Shown: positions 51,198 to 59,662 of the stretch, in pieces | How the letters are laid out: each line of letters starts with the position of its first letter | Position numbering within the stretch: position 1 is the stretch's first letter | Translations under genes and position numbers: made by a program | Assembly (NCBI GenBank): GCA_001780035.1 | Contig: MFEY01000007.1 | Span: 331,146 to 395,145 of the forward strand | From: Candidatus Doudnabacteria bacterium RIFCSPHIGHO2_12_FULL_48_16 | GTDB taxonomy: Bacteria; Patescibacteriota; Doudnabacteria; UBA920; O2-02-FULL-48-8 | Reading direction: 5' to 3' | Length of the DNA: 64,000 nucleotides | Notes under the pieces: generated by a model | Databases searched by the model: none | Told to the model about the DNA's origin: nothing | The model's input: only the letters and a program-made list of their open reading frames with translations

Positions 51198-51575
51198 ATG
51201 AATATGGGAAGTTTTATTGAGCTCAATGATACGCTACAAATAACGAGAGACCAGGGATTTCCGAAGGAACTGGATCTGACTAGGCATATGAGTAAGCCCT
51301 TTCAAGCGGCAGATTTTGCGGGTCAGGTTTTTGAATTTCGTGATAAGAAAGATCCGCGGGTTTACCATATGCCGCCGGTCAGAGTTTTTTTTGCCGAGAA
51401 CATTGACGGCAAATGGCTTTACTGGGGCCACGCAGAAATTTTGGAAATTAATATCGATACGGTTAAACGCATGACCAGCGGTAAGTATCGAATTACTAAA
51501 ATATTTACTTTCGAAGAAATGAAATCCGCATTTAACTTTCTTGATAATAGATCAGAGATAGACTACTTAAAATAA
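51198..51575 (+). CDS. hypothetical protein
   Basis: 125 aa; no family recognised; abuts the cyclase gene. Confidence 0.5.
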   Translation: MNMGSFIELNDTLQITRDQGFPKELDLTRHMSKPFQAADFAGQVFEFRDKKDPRVYHMPPVRVFFAENIDGKWLYWGHAEILEINIDTVKRMTSGKYRITKIFTFEEMKSAFNFLDNRSEIDYLK

Positions 51576-52178
51576 ATGTATATTGACCTGACACAAACTT
51601 TTGGTCCAGTAATGCCAGTATATCCCGGTGATCCGGCTCCGGAATTGAAACAAATTACCACCATTGAAAAAGACGGTTTTACCGATCATCAGCTCAACAC
51701 AGCGATGCATGTGGGGACGCATATGGATGCGCCGTGGCACATGATTGCTGGCGGCAAACGGATTTCGGAAATTAGCCCTGAGAAATTTTTTGGCCGCGGA
51801 ATCCTGATCGACGTCCGCGGCCGGGACCAAATCGGCCCGGAACTTCTGGCCGGAGCGCAAGCCGGGGATATGGTTTTGGTACTGACCGGTTTTGGTGCGA
51901 AGTTCCACAAGGCGGATTATTATGACACCTATCCGGAACTCACTGTCGAGTTTGCGCAAAAAGCCGCGGAGCTCCAAGTGAACCTGATTGGTCTGGATAC
52001 GCCGAGCCCGGATCGCACGCCGTTTGCGGTCCATAAGATTTTACTGGGCGCGGGTATTTTAATTGTTGAAAATTTAACTAATTTAGAACAATTGTTAAAT
52101 CAAAAGTTTGAAGTCGTCGCCCTGCCGGCTAAGCTGGAAACCGATGCCGCCCCTACCAGAGTGATCGCCATGCTTTAA
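51576..52178 (+). CDS. cyclase family protein (kynurenine formamidase-like)
   Basis: 200 aa; HVGTHMDAPWH motif of the putative cyclase family. Confidence 0.8.
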   Translation: MYIDLTQTFGPVMPVYPGDPAPELKQITTIEKDGFTDHQLNTAMHVGTHMDAPWHMIAGGKRISEISPEKFFGRGILIDVRGRDQIGPELLAGAQAGDMVLVLTGFGAKFHKADYYDTYPELTVEFAQKAAELQVNLIGLDTPSPDRTPFAVHKILLGAGILIVENLTNLEQLLNQKFEVVALPAKLETDAAPTRVIAML

Positions 52179-52191
52179 GCTATTTGGCATA

Positions 52192-52767
52192 TTGACATAT
52201 ACTACCATATTAGCTATGATGATAGTAATTTGTCGTATATATACATATATAAACGTGAAGACTGTAAAAAATCGATTAACCAAACAGCAGCAAGAAGGGC
52301 TCTTGATCAAGCTGGCGCGGGCCGTGGCTTCAGTTAATCGTGCCGAGGAAGGCGCCAAATTCCTTAGGGATTTATTGTCTGAGCCCGAGGTATTTATGTT
52401 AGCTCGTCGGCTGCAAATTGCTGAATTGTTGATGGACGGTTTAACTTATGAACAGATTCGAGAAGAATTAAACGTAGGCTATAATACCATTGCTAAGGTT
52501 CAAACTTGGCTGGAGCTTTATGGCGACGGATATAGGACGGTGATTAACCGGACAATTAAGAATAAAGTAGAAAAAAATATTAATGAACCATTTACAAAGT
52601 TGAAGCGAAAATACCCGATATCGTTTTGGCCGCAGTTGTTGCTCGAAGAGATGATTAGAAACGCCAATCAACGGGAGAAACAAAGATTACGGAATGTGGT
52701 GGAAGGGTTACGGAACAAAACGCAACTCTCGCGTGAGCTAACAAAATTATTAGCTAAAATAAATTAA
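52192..52767 (+). CDS. TrpR-related YerC/YecD family protein
   Basis: RLQIAELLMDGLTYEQIREELNVGYNTIAKV motif; real start may be the GTG near 52255. Confidence 0.65.
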   Translation: MTYTTILAMMIVICRIYTYINVKTVKNRLTKQQQEGLLIKLARAVASVNRAEEGAKFLRDLLSEPEVFMLARRLQIAELLMDGLTYEQIREELNVGYNTIAKVQTWLELYGDGYRTVINRTIKNKVEKNINEPFTKLKRKYPISFWPQLLLEEMIRNANQREKQRLRNVVEGLRNKTQLSRELTKLLAKIN

Positions 52768-53885
52768 TGAAAACCAAAATTTTGGTTTTATGCACCTCGG
52801 TGGGCGGTGGGATCAAATCCACGGCTGACAATGTCGCCGAGCAGCTCAATTTGTCCGGCCGTTATGAGACGCGGGTCGAAGACGTGGAAAAAGTTGAACG
52901 CGGAGTCGTCACTTCCATCATCCGCTCCGGCACGGTTGGCATGTTAAATCACATGCCTTGGCTGTGGGGATTTTTGTATGACGCCCAAATTATTCTGAGC
53001 CTGAGTCTGCCGCTGCGCAAAGTATTGGCTTCGTTTAAATCCAAGCACGTATTGGAGCTGCTGCGCTCCTGGCAGCCGGCAATCGTGATCTCCACCGGCG
53101 TCAACCCGTCCGCCATTATGGCGTATTTGAAATCCAAGGGTCTATATCGCGGCAAATTCGTGACTGTGTTTTCGGATTACCATGTCCAGAGGTTTTGGCT
53201 GCATCGCGAAACGGATTTGTTTGTCTGCAACGTCCCAGAGCAGATTTCCGAGCTAAAACGCTTGGGATATGGCGAAGTGCCAGCCGTCCTAACCGGCACC
53301 CTGATTGCCCAAAAGTTCCACCGGCCGCTTAGCCGGGATCTCGCCCGCGATCAACTGGGCCTGCTCAAGAGTATGCCCCTGGTCCTGGTCGGCGGAGCGG
53401 GCAAAACCCGATCCAGCATGCGAGAAGTGTTCCATCAGCTGCTGCGGAGCTCTCAATCGTTCCAGGTCGTAGCGCTGTGCGGCAGTAATCAGACGTTGAA
53501 GGAGGAGTTGGCCCAAATTTCCGCGCCGGATCGGCACCCGGTAAAAATTTTGGGCTTCATCGGTAACATGGATGTCTGGATGGCGGCCAGTGAAGTTTTG
53601 GTTTACAAAACCGGCGGGCCGAGCATGGCCGAAGCTGTGGCCAAAAAGCTGCCGATTGTTTTCGTCGATGTCCGGCCCGGCCACGAACAGAAAAATTTGG
53701 AATATTTGACAGACCATGGCATTGGGGTTTATGCTCGCAGCCCGCGGGAAGCCCAGCATTGGGTCGAGGAAATTTTGGCTCATCGGCTGAAATTTAACCA
53801 TGAAAAAAGTTTCCAGACCATTGTGCGGCCGCCCGGCGCGATTGCCTTAATCGAGGCGATTGACAGGTTGCATCCGAAAGATTAG
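52767..53885 (+). CDS. glycosyltransferase (MGDG synthase/GT28-like)
   Basis: 372 aa; N-terminal MKTKILVLCTSVGGG and C-terminal GT-B pattern. Confidence 0.6.
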   Translation: MKTKILVLCTSVGGGIKSTADNVAEQLNLSGRYETRVEDVEKVERGVVTSIIRSGTVGMLNHMPWLWGFLYDAQIILSLSLPLRKVLASFKSKHVLELLRSWQPAIVISTGVNPSAIMAYLKSKGLYRGKFVTVFSDYHVQRFWLHRETDLFVCNVPEQISELKRLGYGEVPAVLTGTLIAQKFHRPLSRDLARDQLGLLKSMPLVLVGGAGKTRSSMREVFHQLLRSSQSFQVVALCGSNQTLKEELAQISAPDRHPVKILGFIGNMDVWMAASEVLVYKTGGPSMAEAVAKKLPIVFVDVRPGHEQKNLEYLTDHGIGVYARSPREAQHWVEEILAHRLKFNHEKSFQTIVRPPGAIALIEAIDRLHPKD

Positions 53886-53912
53886 TATTTAGATACTTAA
53901 TGAGTAATCACT

Positions 53913-54386
53913 ATGGCTAAAGAAAAACTTATCAACAAACTTATGGGTTCTCAAACCACCACGGAGGATAGTGACGACGAAATTGCAACCCCGGAAGAAA
54001 CCGAAACCGCAGCTGCCGCTCCGGCCTCTCAGGAAGATTGGCTGTCGGAATACGAAGGCCAATTAACGATTGATATGTATCAGACCAAGGACAACGTGAT
54101 TATCAAATCGACCATTGCCGGCGTGCGGCCGGAAGACATCGACGTCACGATCGCTAATGACATGGTGACGATCCGCGGCGAACGCAAGCGCGATTTTGAA
54201 GCCTCAAGTGAAGATTATTTTTATCAGGAATGTTACTGGGGTTCATTCTCCCGTTCCGTGGTTCTGCCGGTCGATGTCGACATCGAACAGGTCAACGCCG
54301 ATTTGAAGGATGGCATCCTGACCGTGATTCTGCCGAAAGCCGCCAAAGCCAAGGCCAAAAAAGTCAAAGTCGGCGCCAGAGTGTAA
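53913..54386 (+). CDS. Hsp20/alpha-crystallin small heat shock protein
   Basis: 157 aa; alpha-crystallin domain ending GILTVILPKA. Confidence 0.85.
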   Translation: MAKEKLINKLMGSQTTTEDSDDEIATPEETETAAAAPASQEDWLSEYEGQLTIDMYQTKDNVIIKSTIAGVRPEDIDVTIANDMVTIRGERKRDFEASSEDYFYQECYWGSFSRSVVLPVDVDIEQVNADLKDGILTVILPKAAKAKAKKVKVGARV

Positions 54387-54523
54387 GGCAGGTATCAGAT
54401 AATACTAAACAGATAACAAAGAGAAGAAGCAGGCCTGTTGCAGGTCTGCTTCTTTAGTTACGTAATTGCCACGCCACGGCCGGCGCAAATTTGAGCGGCC
54501 CGATGAGCCGGCGGGCCGGAAGG

Positions 54524-54808
54524 TCATTGCGACTTGCTTTGATAGAAGTTATCCACTATTTCGGCGGCGCCAAAAAGATCACCAATTAGAGATCTCACCT
54601 TATAGTCGTTAAGTTGTTGTCCTTCGAGGTCCATCTTCCGTAGAATCAATTGAACGTAGTCCAGCAGTTTTTCTCTTGCTTCGGGGCTGAGATTCCTAAT
54701 TGCCCAGCTCGGAATATCCTCGTCCGTAAGTGTAATTATTCTTTTCAATTGAACCTCCAAAAAAGATAGGGCAAGCCTTGCGACTCGCCCTGGTCCCCAT
54801 TCAATCAC
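54524..54808 (-). CDS. hypothetical protein (94 aa), downstream member of a two-gene unit
   Basis: 4-nt start/stop overlap with the upstream gene; no family recognised. Confidence 0.4.
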   Translation of the reverse strand: MIEWGPGRVARLALSFLEVQLKRIITLTDEDIPSWAIRNLSPEAREKLLDYVQLILRKMDLEGQQLNDYKVRSLIGDLFGAAEIVDNFYQSKSQ

Positions 54809-55398
54809 TTGCCGGGCTTATACACGACATAGGTCCGGACCACGACGTTGCCATGGATATTCTTGAAGGCCGTCGTGGCAATGTTCGTGCCCTTAAGCTT
54901 GGGAACTTTGACGCTGGCGCGCAGGCCGACCCCTGTAGTGGTTTTGGCCGGCTTGCCGTGAGCCTTGTCCTCAAACACCACGACCTGCTCGTATTCAACT
55001 CCGACGCGCCAGCCCAGGGTGTCCGAGGTTACTGGGACCGTCACGAACCCGCTCATCAGCGCTAGATTGCTCCGTAGCTGAAACTCGGTGTAGAGATCGG
55101 TGCGCCGGCTTTTGGCGTAAGACCGGAAGTTGGCCACGGGTTTGACCACACCGTCAGTGCCGATCACGGAGCCGAACATGACTTCTTTCCAGCCCCGGTC
55201 GTCGCGGGTAAGGTACCCCGCGACCAAAAGCAGTTGCCGCGGCGTGCGCGTGGCGTCAGGCACAATGACCCAGCCGGCCAAGTGGCCCGCCTGCCAGTGG
55301 AGCAGGGGTCGGAACTGATAATCATTCGGCGGCGTCTGCGCGGTAACAAGAGAGGGGAGAACGAGCACGGCACATGCGGCCAGAATCAGGTGCTTCAT
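54805..55398 (-). CDS. hypothetical secreted beta-rich protein
   Basis: SD GGAGG 5 nt before ATG 55398 (M8 of tracked ORF); signal peptide MKHLILAACAVLVLPSLVTAQ; alternating beta-strand-like pattern. Confidence 0.5.
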   Translation of the reverse strand: MKHLILAACAVLVLPSLVTAQTPPNDYQFRPLLHWQAGHLAGWVIVPDATRTPRQLLLVAGYLTRDDRGWKEVMFGSVIGTDGVVKPVANFRSYAKSRRTDLYTEFQLRSNLALMSGFVTVPVTSDTLGWRVGVEYEQVVVFEDKAHGKPAKTTTGVGLRASVKVPKLKGTNIATTAFKNIHGNVVVRTYVVYKPGK

Positions 55399-55508
55399 GG
55401 TTTCCTCCATGGAAATCATTAGGGCCGCAATTGGCCGCTAGTTAACAGGTCTTGCCTGTTAACGTCAAAGCATATATTATATAGTTGGAGTGGCCAATAC
55501 CACCACGA

Positions 55509-55524
55509 GGTGATAATTATCACC
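55509..55524. promoter_or_regulatory. perfect 16-bp palindrome just upstream of TrmB-like paralog 5 (candidate auto-operator)
   Basis: GGTGATAATTATCACC, 8 nt before ATG 55533. Confidence 0.4.
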
Positions 55525-55532
55525 ACAAAAAT

Positions 55533-56330
55533 ATGTATCAAGAAACTCTACAATCCTTGGGATTAAGCCCAAATGAGGCGAAAATTTATGAAACCCTGGT
55601 CGGGACTGGGGAGACGACTATTGGGGACATTGCCGTGGCCGCCAAAGTTCACCGGCGGAATGTTTATGATTCCGTTCAACGCTTGATTGAAAAAGGCCTG
55701 TGTTTTGAGGTTTTTTCGAGCGGCGGGAATTTATATAGCGCAGTCGATCCAGGTAAACTTTCCGAATTGGTGGCGGAAAAACAACAAAAATTAGAATTGA
55801 TTTTACCAGAATTGCAAAAGAAATTTCGGAAAGGAACTGAGAAGGAAGAAGCTTACATTTATAGAGGCTTTGAAGGTCAGAAAAATGTTTGGCGTGATAT
55901 ATTGCGAGTTGGTAAAGACAGTTATTTTATTGGAGCCAAAGGAGGTTGGTTTGATCCGCGGATTGATAAAACTGCCCGTGATGTTTTTTTCCGCGAAGCT
56001 AATCGAAAAAAAATAAAATTTACTCAACTATTTGATTATGAAGTTAAGGAGCAAATGCCGGACTTTCCGCGTTATTTTCCAGGAGACTTAAAATATCGCT
56101 TTCTCCCAAAAAAATATTCCACTACTTCCGGGGTTGGGATATTTGGGGATTATGTGATTACTTACACCGGGTTAGGGGTTATTGGCCGAATGGAGGAGAA
56201 TACTGTATTTTTTATTTTACACAGCAAAGATTTGGCAGAATCCTACCGGACTTGGTTTTGGTATATGTGGGAGCAGTCGGAGGAAGATAAAAAGCCACGT
56301 AGCGCGAATCACGAAACACGTAACAAATAA
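55533..56330 (+). CDS. TrmB-like winged-helix transcriptional regulator (paralog 5)
   Basis: start at MYQETLQSLGLSPNEAKIYETL (M17 of tracked ORF); wHTH; C-terminal WFWYMWEQ. Confidence 0.7.
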   Translation: MYQETLQSLGLSPNEAKIYETLVGTGETTIGDIAVAAKVHRRNVYDSVQRLIEKGLCFEVFSSGGNLYSAVDPGKLSELVAEKQQKLELILPELQKKFRKGTEKEEAYIYRGFEGQKNVWRDILRVGKDSYFIGAKGGWFDPRIDKTARDVFFREANRKKIKFTQLFDYEVKEQMPDFPRYFPGDLKYRFLPKKYSTTSGVGIFGDYVITYTGLGVIGRMEENTVFFILHSKDLAESYRTWFWYMWEQSEEDKKPRSANHETRNK

Positions 56331-56379
56331 GCTTGATTTTTATCTGAAATTTTGTCATAATAGTTTGATTCTAGTGACG

Positions 56380-56416
56380 ACCTCACCCCTGGCCCCTCTC
56401 CTCGCCAGGAGAGGGG
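56380..56416 (+). repeat. REP-like element (copy B) in the infB 5' region
   Basis: ACCTCACCCCTGGCCCCTCTCCTCGCCAGGAGAGGGG; 33/37 identical to the reverse complement of 21900-21936. Confidence 0.7.
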
Positions 56417-56437
56417 AATCTAAATTGAAATAAGTAA

Positions 56438-58360
56438 ATGGATATCTCAACTTTATCGAAGCAACTGAATATGTCCTCGCAGCAGCTGCGCTACAAGATC
56501 CGCGAAGCGGGATTTTTCGTCTCGCCCAAGGCCAACAAAATCGACAACCAGCTGGCGAAACAGATTTTGAATTCCTTAAGCCAGAAGAAGCCCGAAACCG
56601 GCGTTCCCGCTGAACCCAAGGACGTGTCCCTCCCTAAGGTCCTGTCAGTCAAAGAGCTGGCCGCCAAATTGGGACTCGACATTACGGTCGTGATCAAAAA
56701 ATTGATCCAAAACGGCGTCATGGCCACGATTAACGAAGAAATCGACTATGATACGGCCGCCATCGTGGCCGGGGATTTGGGATTCAATGTTTCGGAAGTG
56801 CAGGAAGCCACGACGCGGTTGGGGCTGGGCTATATTGCCGATGAAATGAAAAAAGAGCAGGCCGTCAATCCGGAAACTTTTATTGTCCGGCCGCCGATTG
56901 TAGCCATCATGGGCCACGTCGACCACGGTAAAACGACATTACTCGATACGATGCGCAACACCAAGGTGGTCGACACAGAAGCCGGCCGGATTACCCAGCA
57001 TATCGGTGCCTATCAAGTGGCGCACAACGGCAAGTTTGTCACCTTTTTGGATACGCCGGGCCATGAGGCTTTTTCCGCCATGCGCGCCCGCGGCGCCAAT
57101 GTCACGGACATGATAGTTTTGGTTGTGGCTGCGGATGACGGCGTCAAGCCGCAGACGATCGAAGTCATCAACCGGGCCAAATTGACCGCGACGCCCTTGA
57201 TCGTGGCAATTAACAAGATCGACAAGCCGGATGCCAATCTCGAGCGCGTCAAAAAAGAACTGGCGGACTTTGGTGTCTTGATTGAAGAATGGGGCGGCAC
57301 CACTCCGGTGGCCAAAATTTCCGCCCTAACCGGCCAAGGCGTGGATGATCTGTTGGATTTGATTTTGCTCCAGGCCGAAGTCATGGATTTGAAAGCCAAT
57401 CCAACGGGCCAAACTATGGGCACCGTGATCGAGGCGCATTTGTCCCGAACTTTGGGGCCGGTGGCCACCGTGATTGTCCAGAACGGGACTCTGAGCCTGT
57501 CCGATATTGTGGCGGCCGGCAAGGCCTTTGGGAAAATCCGATCAATGATCGACGCGCGGGGCGCTAAGCTCAAAACCGCGCCGCCGTCGCGCGCGCTGCG
57601 AATCAGCGGAATTTCCGACGTACCGCAGGCCGGTGACATTTTGAAGACTTACGCGACTTTGGATGAAGCCAAAATCCAGGCCACGGCCGTGGCCCGGGGC
57701 GAGCGCGCGAAAAAATTTGCGACCACGAAGCAGCTGGCCTTTGCCGGCAAGGATCTGAATTTGATTATCAAAGTCGACGTGCTCGGCAGCCTCGAGGCAA
57801 TCAATGATGCCTTATCCAAACTTAAAAATACGGAAGTCAAAATCAATGTTTTGGATGAAGGCGCCGGCGAAGTCAACGAAAACGACGTGTTGCGGGCCGA
57901 TTCGGCCAGCGGCGTGATCATCGGTTTCCATACCAAAGTCAGCAGCCAAGCGGCGAAACTCGCCCAGGCCAAAGGCGTGACAATTCAGACTTACGATGTG
58001 ATTTACGAACTGATTGAAGACATCACCCGCCAGGTCGTGGACATGCTGACGCCGGAAGTGTTGCGCACGGATCTGGGTCGGGCCAAAATTTTGGCCATTT
58101 TCCGCACGGAAAAAGACAGCATGATTATCGGCGGCAATGTCGCGGAAGGCAAAATCAAGGACGGGGCGGAATTTGAAATCAAACGCGGGGACGAAATCGT
58201 CGGCAAGGGTCTCGTCACCCAGCTGCAGCAAAATAAGATCAAAACCAAAGAAGTCCTCCATGGCTCGGAATTTGGCGCCAACGTCAAAACCGCGACCAAA
58301 ATCGAGGCCGGGGACGTGCTGGTATTGTTTGAGGAAAGCGTCCGCAAGAAAACTTTATAG
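56438..58360 (+). CDS. infB: translation initiation factor IF-2
   Basis: 640 aa; G domain GHVDHGKTTLLD, DTPGH, NKID. Confidence 0.96.
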   Translation: MDISTLSKQLNMSSQQLRYKIREAGFFVSPKANKIDNQLAKQILNSLSQKKPETGVPAEPKDVSLPKVLSVKELAAKLGLDITVVIKKLIQNGVMATINEEIDYDTAAIVAGDLGFNVSEVQEATTRLGLGYIADEMKKEQAVNPETFIVRPPIVAIMGHVDHGKTTLLDTMRNTKVVDTEAGRITQHIGAYQVAHNGKFVTFLDTPGHEAFSAMRARGANVTDMIVLVVAADDGVKPQTIEVINRAKLTATPLIVAINKIDKPDANLERVKKELADFGVLIEEWGGTTPVAKISALTGQGVDDLLDLILLQAEVMDLKANPTGQTMGTVIEAHLSRTLGPVATVIVQNGTLSLSDIVAAGKAFGKIRSMIDARGAKLKTAPPSRALRISGISDVPQAGDILKTYATLDEAKIQATAVARGERAKKFATTKQLAFAGKDLNLIIKVDVLGSLEAINDALSKLKNTEVKINVLDEGAGEVNENDVLRADSASGVIIGFHTKVSSQAAKLAQAKGVTIQTYDVIYELIEDITRQVVDMLTPEVLRTDLGRAKILAIFRTEKDSMIIGGNVAEGKIKDGAEFEIKRGDEIVGKGLVTQLQQNKIKTKEVLHGSEFGANVKTATKIEAGDVLVLFEESVRKKTL

Positions 58361-58362
58361 CC

Positions 58363-58698
58363 ATGAGCCGAAGAACCGAAAAAGTTGCTTCGTTGCTGCA
58401 CCATGAAGTGGGAGAGTATTTGCTTCATTTCGAGCTGCCGGCAATTACCACGATCAGCAAAGTGGAAGTGACGCCGGATCTTAAATGGTGCAAAATTTGG
58501 GTCACAATCCTCGGCGATGCCAGTAAGCAGCAGGCCGTGCTCGCTCAGATCAAAGAGAATTTGCCGGAAATGCAGCGCTCAATCAATCATAAAATGAGCA
58601 TGAAGATCGTGCCGCGGATTTCGTTCGTGATCGACCACGGGGAAGAATATGCTTCCCATATCAACGAGCTCTTAAAGAAAACCCACGATGAGTATTAA
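58363..58698 (+). CDS. rbfA: ribosome-binding factor A
   Basis: 111 aa; follows infB; RbfA-like KH fold pattern. Confidence 0.85.
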   Translation: MSRRTEKVASLLHHEVGEYLLHFELPAITTISKVEVTPDLKWCKIWVTILGDASKQQAVLAQIKENLPEMQRSINHKMSMKIVPRISFVIDHGEEYASHINELLKKTHDEY

Positions 58699-59638
58699 AC
58701 TCCAGTTCAAAAAAGCCCAGGAATTGATTGACCAGTCCACGGTAATCTTTTTGACCACGCATGAGGGCACGGACGGCGACGATTTGGGCAGCTGCCTTGC
58801 CATCTATCAGTATCTAAAAAAGTTGGGCAAAACTCCCCTGATTGGAATTAAAGGAGGCGTGCCGACTAACTTGCTGTTTTTGCCGTTTGTGTCCGAAGTT
58901 GCCGGACCGTTTGAAACGACCGAGGCGGATTTGTTAATTACCTTTGGTTGCTCGCGGATCGAGCGCACCGGCCAGCGGCTGCTGCAAAGTTTCAAGGGGC
59001 CGATTATCAATTTTGACCACCATCCGGACAACACTAACTTTGGCACGGTCAATGTCGTCGACGAGAAACTGGCGGCGGTGGCGCAACTGATCTATTATTT
59101 TTTGCAGTATAAGGAAGCGGCGATTGATCAAAAAACCGCCAACTGTCTGCTGACCGGGCTGTTTACGGATACCGGGGGGTTTAAGCACGTCAACACGTCG
59201 GCCGAAGTGCTTGAGGTCGCGGCGGAACTTTTAAAGCGCGGCGGCCGGATCGATAAGATCGCGTTTGAGACCATGGGCAAGAAGCGGCCGCAGGCGCTTC
59301 GGGCCTGGTCCAAGGGCTTGGAGAATGCGCGGTTTGACGGCGACAAGCGGATGGTGTTTTCGGTGTTAACGGAAGAGGATCTGCGCGAAATCGGCGCCAG
59401 CGACGAAGATCTGGACGGTTTCGTGGAGCTGTTAAACAATTTGCCGCAAGCGAAATTCGCCTTGTTGTTGCGCCAGGACGGCGACGTGGTCCGGGGCAGT
59501 TTGCGATCCGAACCCGACAAGAAAGTGGATGTCTCCAAAATCGCCAAATCGTTCGGCGGCGGCGGCCATAAACTGGCAGCCGGATTCAAAGTCAAGGGTC
59601 GGCTCAAGCGCGCCGGCAGCGCATGGCAGATTGAATAA
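58688..59638 (+). CDS. DHH/DHHA1 phosphoesterase (NrnA-like)
   Basis: 316 aa; HEGTDGDDLGS, FDHHPDN and GGGGHKLAAG motifs. Confidence 0.85.
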   Translation: MSIKLQFKKAQELIDQSTVIFLTTHEGTDGDDLGSCLAIYQYLKKLGKTPLIGIKGGVPTNLLFLPFVSEVAGPFETTEADLLITFGCSRIERTGQRLLQSFKGPIINFDHHPDNTNFGTVNVVDEKLAAVAQLIYYFLQYKEAAIDQKTANCLLTGLFTDTGGFKHVNTSAEVLEVAAELLKRGGRIDKIAFETMGKKRPQALRAWSKGLENARFDGDKRMVFSVLTEEDLREIGASDEDLDGFVELLNNLPQAKFALLLRQDGDVVRGSLRSEPDKKVDVSKIAKSFGGGGHKLAAGFKVKGRLKRAGSAWQIE

Positions 59639-59662
59639 GCTTTATGTTAAAATAAACCCATT

